Assembly: GCA_043228905.1 (NCBI GenBank)
Contig: JBHGNT010000012.1
Coordinates: 2,108,001-2,172,000, forward strand
Direction of reading: 5' to 3'
DNA from: Azolla caroliniana
Lineage: Eukaryota; Plantae; Polypodiophyta
Length of the DNA: 64,000 nucleotides
Both the position numbers and the translations under genes were made by a program. The notes under the pieces are model-generated. The model had not been told where the DNA came from. It searched no databases and worked only from the letters and a program-made list of their open reading frames with translations. Of the stretch, positions 1 through 12,327 are shown in pieces. Position 1 is the stretch's first letter. Every line of letters starts with the position of its first letter.

Positions 1-141
1 AAAAGTAATGGTTATCAACTTCATGTCTACCAGCACCACCAATTTCTACCATTTCTATTCAGGTATTGTTTAAGGCTCTTTTATAAAGGAACAAATCATT
101 CCAATTGAGAGGACTAAAAAATAGAAACCACCAAAGCATAC

Positions 142-2509
142 CTCATCCAGCACCATGTAATCCCAAGTTGTAATATCATCACTCGTGTCTCCAAACCCAT
201 CTCTCCCATGAAAGTCTCCTCTCAAAGCTTGCCAATTATTGCGGACCACATCATATGTTGTCAGCAAAATTCCACCACACTGCAGATGGTATGGATGCGA
301 CATAATAGTCATTCGCGACCATTAACAATCTTTAATCCCTGAAATGTGAACATTATCCTACCTGTAAAATGTGCTGAAGGGCATAACCACGCTGACTTGC
401 TGAAGTTCCTGAATAGCTGGTTAATGAATCCAATTGATAGCAATACATCTCTATATTAGCTATAATTATTGTCTGCTGATGAAACTAGACCTTATATTCT
501 CTGAATATGGGAATACTTACTCTCTAGTCTTTTTCCCAAGACCAACAAAAGTTAACTCTTTTGACCAATGTGCAATCAATGTCTTGGGCGCAACAATCAA
601 GGCCCGTTTGATCAAGTCCGATGCAAATAAGCCAAGAAGAAATGAGGCCATCTGCATTGAGGAACTCAACGAAAATGCTCATGAGAACTTATCAAACTCT
701 CGCAAGCCAATATTTACTAGTTTCAAGAAATAATATTGCACAGATGAACTAGTTCAGATATACCTGCATTGTTTTTCCAAGACCCATGTCATCACCCAAG
801 ATGCCACCCATTCCTTTGATATGCAATCCCCACAACCATTTTATTCCCTCAAGTTGGTGAGGAAATAAGATCTTTGCTACTTTTGGAGGTAACTTAAAAG
901 TCATATTACCATGTACAAAAGTGACACTAGTTCCATCACCCCCATTTTCCTTCTCATTTGCACCAGTATCCCAGGAAACCTCTGTTGACTGCCCTGTTGC
1001 GACCATCTTTGTATTAACAATTCCATAGTTCCCCGATGTTGAGTGTTTACTATAAGAAACTGCCTCAAAATCATCATCTTTATCAGAGCACTTGCTAGTG
1101 TCAGTGTCAACTTCATCATTATCCAAATCAGTAACTTCATAGCTTGCTTTGACTGTTCTCATCCCAAACTTGCTTACTTCATCCAAGACAGAAAAACTGT
1201 CCAAAATCTTTGATTTCTGCCTTTGTGAACCTATTAATTTTGGGTCATTAACTAAGGCAATATTGGTGTGGTTATTTCCAATAGACATTTTGTCTAAGCT
1301 ATCAACTAAGCTTTCTGTTAAATGAGCATTGCTTGAATCTTCAGAATCATGCCATTCTTCAAGATCATTTCTGAATCCATAGGTAGACTCGGGTGGTGCC
1401 ATACTTGATCCAGATTTATGCAATCTCCGCTTACCTGATAAAGTGTGTATATTCCAAGAATTATTTATTAAAAATAAAAAGTACATTCCATACATTGATC
1501 ATTGCATCCTCATTGCTTGAAAACAAACAAGAATGCAAAGTGTTAACTCGCACCATCAAGACTAAAACATACATTGCCAAATTGATTTATTGTTTCCTTC
1601 TTTTCATACCAAATTACAGGTGTTTCAGAAAACTAGATGAAAGAAAAATGATAATGCATATTGCCTTATGATCGCCATCAAATAACAAGCAAGCATTACA
1701 GAGCAGCCTTCTAGTTTCCTTCTTTTCATTCTATATTACAGATATTTTGATGAAAACTAACACGAATTACGCCACAAACATCAACATATTTTCTGCTTCT
1801 TTCTTTTTCATTGTGCATTATCTATCCTACATTCAACGAGAATCAAGCCACAAAAACAAACATCACGAAACAAATGTTTGCTTTTTTCTCTTTGTTCTAC
1901 TGATATATCCCCAAGTGAGCGAGCATCGGTCACAAATAAACATCACCAAATAAATTTGTGCTTTTTTCATCTTCATTCTCCATTATATATGTGAAGATGA
2001 CTGAGAATACAAGCCACAGAAACAGGCATTATAGAGCATATACTTGCAACCTCTCTCTTCATTCTAAATTGAATAGAAGAACAAGAATCCAGATTCATTC
2101 TACTCTAACATCAAAGAAATAAACAAACCGATATCCAAACACAAAAAAAAATTATTTTCTTTTCACATCCAGGCTCATTACAAGAAACCAAGCAGAATGG
2201 AAGCGCAGATACCATAATCCGAAAGCAGTGCATCTGAGACTGAAAAGAGAAGAAGAAGAAAAATAAAGGAAAGAGACGCACACCTGAAGTATTGGAGGAT
2301 CGTTGGGAGGAGGAGGAGAACGAATGAGAGTGATGATGTGACGACGGGTTCCTGTGAGGAGCTGAAGCTGAGGAGGAGGAGGAAGAAGAAGAAGAAGCCG
2401 CGGCGATTCGCTGTTCTCTGAGCTGGGCGATGGTGTGAAGGAGATCAGCATTAGAAGAGCGAGAAGGAGCTCGATGCGGGCGAGAGGGACGGGGCTCAGG
2501 ATCCGCCAT
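142..2509 (-). CDS. CHR24: SNF2-family ATPase, CHR24/ERCC6L(PICH)-like, 5' part only (continues off the window)
   Basis: Exons 2509-2284, 1434-764, 651-521, 416-362 and 279-142 are all GT-AG and phase-consistent. The spliced protein has LFPHQLEGIKWLWGLH..GGILGDDMGLGKTMQ (motif I), LIVAPKTLIAHWSKEL (Ia), DYSGTSASQRGYALQHILQ, ILLTTYDVVRNN and WDYMVLDE (start of motif II), matching plant CHR24 as I recall it. Confidence 0.9.
1670..2100. repeat. degenerate ~80-bp tandem repeat in CHR24 intron 1
   Basis: About five recurring units resembling caagccacaaaaacaaacatcac...tgcttttttc..ttcattct. Confidence 0.55.
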
Positions 2510-2718
2510 GGCCACAGAAACAGAAACAGAAGAAGAAGAAGAAGAAGAAGAAGAAGAAGCTTGTGTGGGAAGCTACTACTGCTTGTCTGCTCTCTGTATA
2601 TGCAAATTTTGAAAAACAAAAAATAAATTAATTAAATTAAATTAAAATTTTAAAAAATATATATATATATATTGAAAAGAAATATGAAAATATATACTAC
2701 TTATTCAATTCATTTGTT

Positions 2719-3740
2719 TATGTATCCTTTTTTTTTCCAAAAAATATGTACATATCTACAATTTATTCATTCATTTAGTTATATATTTATTTTTAACTGT
2801 TTTTTGGTTTTTTTTTCATTCTTTTGATTCATTTGTCTATTTATTTACACACATTATTCATTTATATTTTTTTCTATCTATTTGATAATTTCATTGATTT
2901 ATTTATCTAATTTATTTATCAGTTTATGTATACTTTTTTTTTCCCAAAAATATGTATCTACAATTTATTCATTCATTTAGTTATATATTTATTTTTAACT
3001 GTTTTTTTTTTTTCATTCATTCATTCGCACCTACATTCATATTTATTCTTTTGATTCATTTGTCTATTTATTTACACACATTATTCATTTATATTTTTTT
3101 CTATCTATTTGATAATTTCATTGATTTATTTATCTAATTTATTTATCAATCTGTTTATTTATTAATTTATCTCCCTTAGATTCATTTATTTATGCACTCA
3201 TTCATTTTTTTGATGAATTCATTCATTTAAATTCCTCTTTTTTATTCATTCCTTCAATTTATTTATCTATTTATTCATTTATTTTTATCTATTTCTTCAC
3301 TGGTCCATTTATTTATCAATATGTATCCTTTTTTTGTTTTCAAAAAAATATGTATCTACAATTTATTCATTCATTTAGTTATATATTTATTTTTAACTGT
3401 TTTATTTATTTTTTCATTCATTCTTACCTACATTCATATGTATTCTTAGATTCATTTGTCTATTTATTTACACATATTATTCATTTATATTTGTCTGTCT
3501 ATTTGATTTGATTTATTTATCTAATTTATTTACACTTACATTTATTTATGAATCTGTTGATTTATTAATTTATCCCTTAGATTCATTTATTTATGCACGC
3601 ACTCATTCATTTTTTTTGATGAATTCAATTCATTTAAATTCCTTTTTATTTATTTATTCATTCCTTCAATTTATTTATCTATTTATTCATTTATTTTATC
3701 TATTTCTTCACTGATCCATTTATTTGTCAATTTATTCATG
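2719..3740. repeat. AT-rich tandem triplication upstream of CHR24
   Basis: Unit beginning tatgtatcctttttt..caaaaaatatgtatctacaatttattcattcatttag recurs at ~2719, ~2925 and ~3320 (about 200, 395 and 415 bp). Confidence 0.85.
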
Positions 3741-4683
3741 GCTTTATTTATCTATTTATTTATTCTTTGATTTATTTCTGCATTTACTATCCATTCATTT
3801 ATTTTATGTATTTATTTATTTATTATTGAAACGAAAATATTCAAAAAAACAAAAGGGACCCCTCTTTCTCTTTCTTCTTCGTTCAGAGCCTCATATGGAT
3901 GGATATAGCTATCGAATAGAAAGAAAGAACGACATATTACGTCTTCTAAGACCAAATTTGGCCCATGAGAAACTCGATGAAGCAAAATGTTTTGTGAGGT
4001 TAATTGTCACTTGTTTGTTAAAATATCGAGCTTGGTTCGTAAACACCGACCAACTCACAATTGTTCACTCATGAATTAGGTGGTATGCGTAATAATCAAG
4101 TGATTAATTGAGTTTGCGATATCTCCATGGCCACGTAATAATTGAGAAGACGACAATAACTCATTCTGCAAGGATTTACAATGTTCTCTGCAAGATGATA
4201 ACAGATAGTGTTAATACAAATGACGTGAAGACATGCTTCCTTCCACAAGAGAACCAAGTCTTGATCACATGAAGATGAGGAATTTTAAGTGGAATACTTT
4301 CACCATCATGATCGTTGTCCTCTCGTGTGTTATTACAACCTCCTTCTAAGTGCATCCATGGTTTTGAGAACACATATTGTAGTATATTGAATATATGCTT
4401 GGCAAATCTACTTAGAATTGACTTCCACATCATGCACATCATTGTTAAGATTTTGTTTTGCTTCATTTGTATTCACTTTTGCTGAATCAAACAATAAGGC
4501 ATAATATATAACAATCTCCCATAAATGTTCCCAACTAGAATTATCCCTATTACCCTCTCTTTACATGTACATATTGCATAACGTATTACATCTATTACAC
4601 TTGAACAATGCATGAGATAATGAAATTAACACGTGTGCATGTGGGAGCTCAGTGGAACCATCGAGGACCTAGACCAGACAGGA

Positions 4684-4965
4684 TGGCATCCTTTATGAAC
4701 AGTTGTGATTTCAGCTATGCAAGTGAACATGTCCATTGTGCTTTTGATGAACTTTTCCTTATTGCTCAACGTGAGTCCACTTAGGGGCATATGATCTACG
4801 TGTGAGATAATAATGTTTTATTCCTGGCATCCTTTATGAACAGTTGTGATTTCGACTATGCAAGTGAACATGTCCATTGTGCTTTTGATGAACTTTTCCT
4901 AATTGCTCAACGTGAGTCCACTTAGGGGCATATGATCTACGTGTGAGATAATAATGTTTTATTCC
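4684..4965. repeat. near-perfect 141-bp tandem duplication
   Basis: tggcatcctttatgaacagttgtgatttc...gataataatgttttattcc at 4684-4824 and 4825-4965. Confidence 0.95.
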
Positions 4966-7149
4966 TAGATCAAGTGTGTTGGATATGTGTAAATTTGAAT
5001 GAGTACCGAGAGAGCAACTACGCGCTCATTTAGAATCAAATTAATGCAATTTGAGCAATTGGGTTATATAATTAAGGGGTTGATCTCGATATATATGTGC
5101 CATCATCTATTCTTGATGGGTGTATGTGCGTGTGTATGTCCCTTCACTTTTATTTGTAATTGTGCATTTGTGCATATATGTGTTTTTGGATAAATGTGCT
5201 TATATATGGAATTTATGTGTGAGGAAATAGTGGGTGCATGTGCTTATTTCTGTTTGTATAAGTCTTCTTTTTGTAACTCGGGGTTGTAGACTTTACGAAA
5301 AAGTAAAAGTGTATATTTGATTTGAAAGTGACATGTATTCAGGGAACAAAGAGTTCCTTGTTTTTTTTTCTTTTGAATTCAAATTTGAAGGGTTTAAATA
5401 TGAGTGTGAAAGGGGGAATTTTACTTAGGGCTCCAAACTTGATTGGTGTGTGTCAACATGCGTTGACCACTGTTAGTTTTGGCGAGGAGCGGTTAATGGG
5501 TTGCTCCTCCTCCTCCTTTGTTGTTCCTCGACAAGCAACAAGGAAGCACTTGTTTTCCTCTGCTCCTTTCGTTCCCTCACGTGAAGGTTTCCACGAGGGA
5601 GTCCTAGTTGTGGAAATCCCTACGACCTTTTACCTCCAGGATAAAAGAGTTACTTGATTGGGTAATGCCGAAAACCCAAAGGCCTTGGGCCCTTCAGGCA
5701 ATTGAAATTACCCATACATTCAACCTCCGGGTAATTAAATTGCCCATGGTTTTTTTATTACCTTTGTGGAATTTAATTAACAAATTCTTTTTTTCGCCCT
5801 CTTGTAAAAGTTTGTTGGTCCAAACACGAACATTCTTGGTCAAATGAGGCACAAAATACTTAAAATCTAGTGTTGAAGGTTCAACTCCTGTCTTTGTCAA
5901 ATTCTTTTCCTCATAATTTCTTCTCATGAATTTGATTTGGCAATTTGGGATTTTTGCCACGAACCTCATCAAATCATCTCAATAGCGGCACACCAACACT
6001 CAAACGTATGGAACCAAAAGTTGTCTTCTATGATATTAAGACAATTATGCAAATAGATTTTCACTTGATGCTCGTATTTTTTAGGCCGAAAATTATGTTG
6101 TAATCCTTGTTCGATCCAAAATCACATGAAGAAAATTTCACAACATATTTTTTAAATACACAAAGTTTGGTACATTACGTCGAAAATAATTCAAATCATA
6201 GTATGAACCATACATACCATTTCGTGTTCGAGAATGATTCAATCATTCGAGAATGGTAAACACCCTCGAAGAATGATAAATACCATACTTTTGGATAAAT
6301 GATTTACTATAAGGTAAATATTTTTTCACGGTAAAATTTTTTTTTAAATTGCAAAAAAAAAAAAACAAATTAACTTCTTAATAACAATATGTTTTTTTTT
6401 CGTAAATTCTAATAACAACTATCCAAAATGCCTAGTCTTCAAAAAAATTCTCAATGAGGTGTTATATCAAAACGAACATTCCTAATCTTCATTCAAGGTG
6501 ATATCATCATCTTCAAAATCATCATCCTCATCTTGTGCATTATCATCAAGATAAGCCATCACATTGGTGAGGCTCTCATTTTCAAAATTATAGAAATTAT
6601 AGAAAAATTAAAGCAATTACAAGCTTTATAGAATAATTACAGAAATTATAGAACAAATAAAAGAAAAAACACAAAGAAATGATATAGAAATTTCAAAACT
6701 TATAAAGAAATTACAGAAATTTTAGAGAAATTACAAAAATTACAAAACATTTACAAAAAAAAAAAAATACAAAAAATACAAAACATTTACAGAAATTTCT
6801 ATACTACATAGTACATACTATGACCTAAAGTTTAAACAACTTTAAACCCTATTATTAACCCTAAATATTCTTGAATCTCGTTGGTATGTAGATCGTTCAA
6901 GGCTAGGTGGGAGAGGAGAGGAGAGCGTAACGTTACGTTGATGTGCAAAGGAAAAGGGGGAAAAGGGGGGAAAAAAGACAGAAAAAAGGAGAGAAAAAAC
7001 ACACAAATATTTGAATATCATTCATGTTCGTTTTCCAACATAGGAAAACGAATGATATGGCAGACAAACACGAATTTTATGTACTATGATTCAAATAGTA
7101 TGCAATCGATTTTAGAAAGTCAGGCAAGACGAACACTCCATCGAGGAAA

Positions 7150-8390
7150 GAATTTCCACTTGCTCCAATAAAGAAAATTGCCACATTAATACTCCCTTCA
7201 ATTTTCGTAGATATGCTTTCACTCCATGTCTACCATCGAATACAAAAGCGTTGCGCATGTTCCAGTTATGACGCAATCCCCAATATCTCAGAAATAGAAA
7301 ACGATCTCCATCTTTGATTTTGGGTCAATCTATGTAGATTGTGCAAACACCCATTGTCTAGGTGTCAAATAACACCATGATAAAACTTACCAAACTCGAG
7401 AAATGTAACTACAAATCTGACAAGCAATCAAACATTGTATAAATTGATGAGTACTATTTTCCATTTGAATAGTGCAAAAAAAACAATTACCCGTTGCTAG
7501 TCCACGACGCTTTAAAGCTAATCCCAAAGGCAATCCTCCTGGAATCAAAACTCTCCAAATGAAGACCTTTGCTAGAAGTGGCAATTTAGAATGCCAACTA
7601 AGTTGTAAGATCTGCCACCACCCATGATCAAATTTCTGCATTTTCCATTCTTCTTTAGCCTTAGATGATAACCATCCAAGAGACTCAACATAGCAATGAT
7701 ACAAAAAATTAATAGTCACTTGTAACAATGGTGTTTGACCCCGGAAACACTAATCAATCCACAGTTGTTCTCCTATTTGTAGAGGTAAGGGACCTTGCAT
7801 CAATGCAATATTTTGTAGGTGTTGCCAAATAAACCCATAATTAGGTGAGATGCGTAATAATTGTCATGCTTCAACAAACTCCAAAATTCTTTTAGATGGA
7901 GCCTCAACTATATCTCGGACCCACCTCTTTGACCCCCAAACGATTAAATTGAGAGCGCAATCTCTCATTTCCTAGCCAACATAATAACCGAGAAGACACA
8001 AGTAACTCTTTTTGCAAAGAATTACAATGCTCTCTACTAGATGTTGGTTTCCATACACATAACAAAGAGCGCTTCCTGCCATGAAGTAACGAAGTGTTCA
8101 ACACATGAAGAGCCTAGAATCCTAAGTGAAATACATCCATTCAGTAATTGCCACCATGAAGCCTTAATCGTTGTCCTCCCATGTGTTAAAACCCTTGTTC
8201 TCAATGAAATATTAAACAATAGATATCCATGGTTGAGAGTTTGAACATATGTCTTGTAATAATGAAAATCTACAAGCCATCATATGCAAAAATAAATTCA
8301 ATATTCCAGCTCCCCCCCAAGCGCTTAGGGGTTGCTAGATGATTCCATGCAACCCAAGTGATTCTCAGCTTATCTCTCTTCCTCCATCTT
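7150..8390 (-). mobile_element. L1-clade LINE remnant (post-RT region and zf-RVT)
   Basis: Minus-strand ITWVAWNHLATPKRLGGAGIL (~8300-8365) and WHSKLPLLAKVFIWRVL..GLPLG..LKRRG..CFFC..MENSTHQFIQC (7387-7728), broken by stops and frameshifts. Confidence 0.85.
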
Positions 8391-8439
8391 ATTCTCATCC
8401 TATCCCTCTTCTTCCCAATTGAGAATGGTCGTACTAATG

Positions 8440-8785
8440 GAGTCCCTAGAGAGGAAATGTTATGTAGGTCATGTCACATAGAGATAGAGGATGAGTTCAA
8501 CTTATGCTAAGATAAGGGCGAAATACCAAGTCATACTAGGACCCTCTCCCACTCTCTCCAAATTATTGGATACCCCAGATATAAAGAGACTAGGTAGGTA
8601 TATCTTAGAGCTAAAACAACATAGGGAGGAAAAACTACAACATAGGGAGAATAGAAGGATATTAAAACCTGGTAGTCATACCTCCATGGCTAGTCATTGG
8701 GATAGTCCTTTTTCCTCTTCTTTTTCATCTCTTTTGTAGTTTGTACTTGATATTTTGTTTTAGAAAAAAAATAAAAAAATAAAAT
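8440..8785 (+). mobile_element. 5'-truncated RTE-like LINE 3' end with A-rich tail
   Basis: ORF fragment STYAKIRAKYQVIL...KRLGRYILELKQHRE resembles the RTE ORF C-terminus. It is followed by an A-rich tract at 8762-8784. Confidence 0.55.
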
Positions 8786-9256
8786 CACCAACATGTAACT
8801 AATACAATTTTTCAGGAACAAGGGGAGTCAATGAATGTGGACACACCTACACCACTCGGCCTCTCTCTTGAGGAAGCGAAAATGCAAAGAACAACCAAAC
8901 ACCCTCGGATGTCGGGCTTCAAAGCAATTCGACATGGAGTAGAAACAATTATTAAGAAGATAAGGGAACGTGAGTTGTGCTGCTTAGCAACTATGGATGC
9001 AATATCTTTTACATTGGGACCACGGGCCACCTCCACATCGAAACCCTTTGACCTCCCGCTTCTTTTCGAGAGACATGGATGGAAATGAAACTAGGCCTAG
9101 TATAAAGTCATTTCCTTGTAGAACATGTTTTTTTTGCTAGAACTCTTTAGCTTATGTTCTATTTTATTTTTATTTTTACTTTCGATGAATGGGTAAATAC
9201 CCCATTTTTATTGTAAACCAATTGTCTCATGGGCCAAATTTGGTCTTAGATGACGT

Positions 9257-9259
<3 letters not shown>

Positions 9260-9324
<65 letters not shown>

Positions 9325-9482
9325 ACGAATTTCTCTCACAACCACAATGTGCACTCTCGATTGCAACATTCATTCGTAAAGCTCTTGAACATCGAAACTT
9401 GCTACTCACTTTCACACATATCATGTGAAATGTAATATTTTTGGTCTCATAGGTCATATTTGACATTTGAAGATGATAATAG

Positions 9483-9514
<32 letters not shown>
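9260..9514. repeat. two (CT)n microsatellites
   Basis: (CT)~30 at 9260-9320 and (CT)~15 at 9485-9514. Confidence 0.95.
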
Positions 9515-9518
<4 letters not shown>

Positions 9519-9559
9519 TCCAACGTTGTCCCCAATACAACCGAAAGTGCTAGAATATA

Positions 9560-9960
9560 TCCAACCACATTGTATAAACCGCTATTAGCCTTGGTTCTTG
9601 GATAGTCTTAACACTTCTCTAAGGTAGGTGTTGAGTTAGCATCGTGGAATTGTCACAATAGAAAGAAGACATGAAAGGTTGCAATGAAAAACTAGTGGGG
9701 GATGAGTATCACTTACTTCCCTCATGCTCAATGTACGAGGTAATATGCGAGAAGTATGATGACTTATTCGATGGACAAGATAATTTAAGTGTCATACTCA
9801 CATCCCTAGTAAGAAGGGGGAGCACATATGCATTATTTTCACTTGGAGGGTTTTTATTATAGAGTAGTAATATCCCCTCAGGAAGGAGTCACCTACAAGA
9901 TGATATGTTTATTGGGTCCCATAGGTCAAATTTGACATCCTCATGGTTGACAAAAAATAT
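9560..9960 (+). mobile_element. RTE-like LINE 3' remnant
   Basis: KGCNEKLVGDEYHLLPSCSMYEVICEKY matches the C..C....DEYH.L..C..Y..IR C-terminal motif of RTE-type elements. Confidence 0.6.
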
Positions 9961-10329
9961 TGTTTATTATACCATGTTATTCTCTATGTTTATTGTCTCG
10001 TTATTTTAGCCAAAACTTGATTATACGAGGCCCAATTTTTATGACCTGAATTACGGTGATTGACAAGACCTACAATATGTTTTCGGAAGAAAAAATTTGT
10101 GCTCAACTAAATCTACACAAATTTCATAGCTATACTTTTTGTAGGGTTAGGTCACACAATGGCAAACACTCGCAATGGAACCACATAGTTCAAGAGTATG
10201 ACCAATAATGAGCCAAAACAACAAAGATTCTTGATGTCAATGCAACAAATTCAACCACAATGGAAACATTGCTTGAAATGTAATAAACGAGCGAGTGAAG
10301 ATATTAGGGCACTCATGAGGGAGAATGTG

Positions 10330-10910
10330 AAATTACATTGAGAATGAGAGTCTTAAAAAATGTAGAACTCAAAATTGAGACTAGAGAATGTAAGCAAGAA
10401 AGCTTTGTTCAAAACAAATGAGCGTTTGAACAAGATTAAGTTGCATGAAGCATTAAAGGAGGGAATAATGGACACAACGAGTTGGGATGTGGATGAATTA
10501 AAGAAAGTATGCAGCAACGATATTATTTCTAATTCACCTATCATGCATGTGGTGTTTTATGAAAAGAATGTGGAAAGTATAGTTGCCCAAGAATTGGAAA
10601 TATGTGAATGACAATCGAAGAACTTTCTCGTACATTGGATCAAAGAGAAAACCACAAAAATTCCTACATCTCTTGGATTCTTTGGTATGCATTGTGGCAT
10701 GTCAGGTATGAATGTGTATGGGACACAACAAGGTGCTACACATTTGGAAAGAAGGCCTACTATATGCACAATGGTAATGAGGATCATGTTCGAAAATAGT
10801 TGGATGTATCTCAAAAGTACACAATTCGTTGTGTGTGAATATCATATCATTTCACAACAAAATGTCCGTTGTAATGTATATGAAGAAAAATGGAAAAGTA
10901 AGGTTTAGGA
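10330..10910 (+). mobile_element. possible decayed L1 zf-RVT/C-terminal remnant
   Basis: Fragments KALFKTNERLNKI, VCSND..SPIMHVVF and WILWYALWHVRYECVWD resemble the zf-RVT and LW..W..RN..VF motifs. Confidence 0.4.
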
Positions 10911-11446
10911 TGTGTGTAACAATGGAAAAAGAGGAAAATAGGGACACTAACCCATGGCTATGGGGCTACGACAATGTTTTTAGAATTGCAATGGACACAC
11001 ATAAAAAGGGGGATTTAGCATTGAGGAGTTGAACGATGTATCAAATACCACAATTCTTATTGAAACTTGGGAACATGATGCACAAAGAAAATCAAGGTTG
11101 GGACAATTTTATTTTTTATTTTGTGCACAAGAAGAGCACTTTTACTAAGAGAACTTTATATATGGGTGAGGACTAAACACATAATTCTAATTGGCGAAAG
11201 ATTATATTTCTCATGCTCGATAGAGTCAATTATTAATAAGTATAGTATCAAACCAAATAAAGCCTATCATCTTCAAGGTAATGTCAAAAGTAGCCCTTGA
11301 GTCAAGGAAAACACCACATATCTTGGGTTAAACAAGTTTAGGAGTCTTATAATCATCCCTTGTGTACATTAGTAATACCTAGTGTATGCTACTGCATTAA
11401 GGAGTTGTGAGGACATTGTTGGTCTAAAAGCATTTGCAAATTGCTT

Positions 11447-11692
11447 CACAAGGCTTGACTCAATTACAAAATGTATAAACAAGGCTTGACTCAATACAAA
11501 ATACCTTGACAAGGCATTCTATTAACCGAGTATCGAATATAATTAAAAGTGTAACACAATGACACAAATATTAATTTAGTGATGACTAAATAGTATTCTC
11601 ATGGATATCACACATGTGGCATTCTATTAACCGAGTATCTAATATAATCTAAAGTGTAACACGATGACACAAATATTATTTAGTCATGACTC
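11447..11692. repeat. local tandem duplications (~32 bp and ~105 bp periods)
   Basis: acaaggcttgactcaat occurs twice. ggcattctattaaccgagtatc..aaagtgtaacac.atgacacaaatatt occurs at ~11513 and ~11618. Confidence 0.8.
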
Positions 11693-12327
11693 ACGACTAA
11701 CGCTACAACAAGGCAAGGAGCCGAATGATTGGTAGCAAAAAATTGTCAATACTACCACTAGCTTCTAGAGCATGTAGGGATATGTTTGAAAAATATATTA
11801 AATTTCCATGTTACACTATCCCATTAAACATCAAAAGATTTAAAAGCACAACTTACATTATCACTCTTTTCTTATATTACCTAACCCCCCTCCCTCCCTC
11901 CCTCCCTCCCTCCCTATAATCATCCTTGTTTTGGCAATATAAAATAAGTGAAGTTGGAAACCAACACATCTTGTGCAAGGATTATGTAGCTTGATTTCAC
12001 CACTTCAAACTTTGTATATGTATGATGAATTCATCAACAATTTGGTTAATTCCTATTAATGGGATTTAAAAGAATAGAGCGTTACATGCATTACCATATT
12101 CACAATATGACAAAGTTCATCTTTTCCTTTCGTAAAAAGAAAATGGGCGAGAGGGAGAGTGAAGGGAGGTGACCTTCTTCGGAGTTCTTGCGTACTCTTC
12201 AAAAACTGCCCTCGGAGATATGGGGATTGTCCGTTGTTGGCGATACAGGTACAAATAATCCATATTTGCGAGTGGTACATTTATACTTCTCCTTTAGAGC
12301 ATAAGGGCTTCCTCTTTACTGGTACTA

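Noticed and set aside
6100-7130. Possible DNA transposon (weak inverted motifs aatcatagta/tactatgatt, ttatagaaattac repeats, acidic coding-like patch)
   Set aside because: I could not define termini, a TSD or transposase motifs.
9189-9568. ORFs with poly-LS or poly-ER tracts (also near 35180, 36547 and 50175-50595)
   Set aside because: They are artefacts of (CT)n/(GA)n microsatellites.
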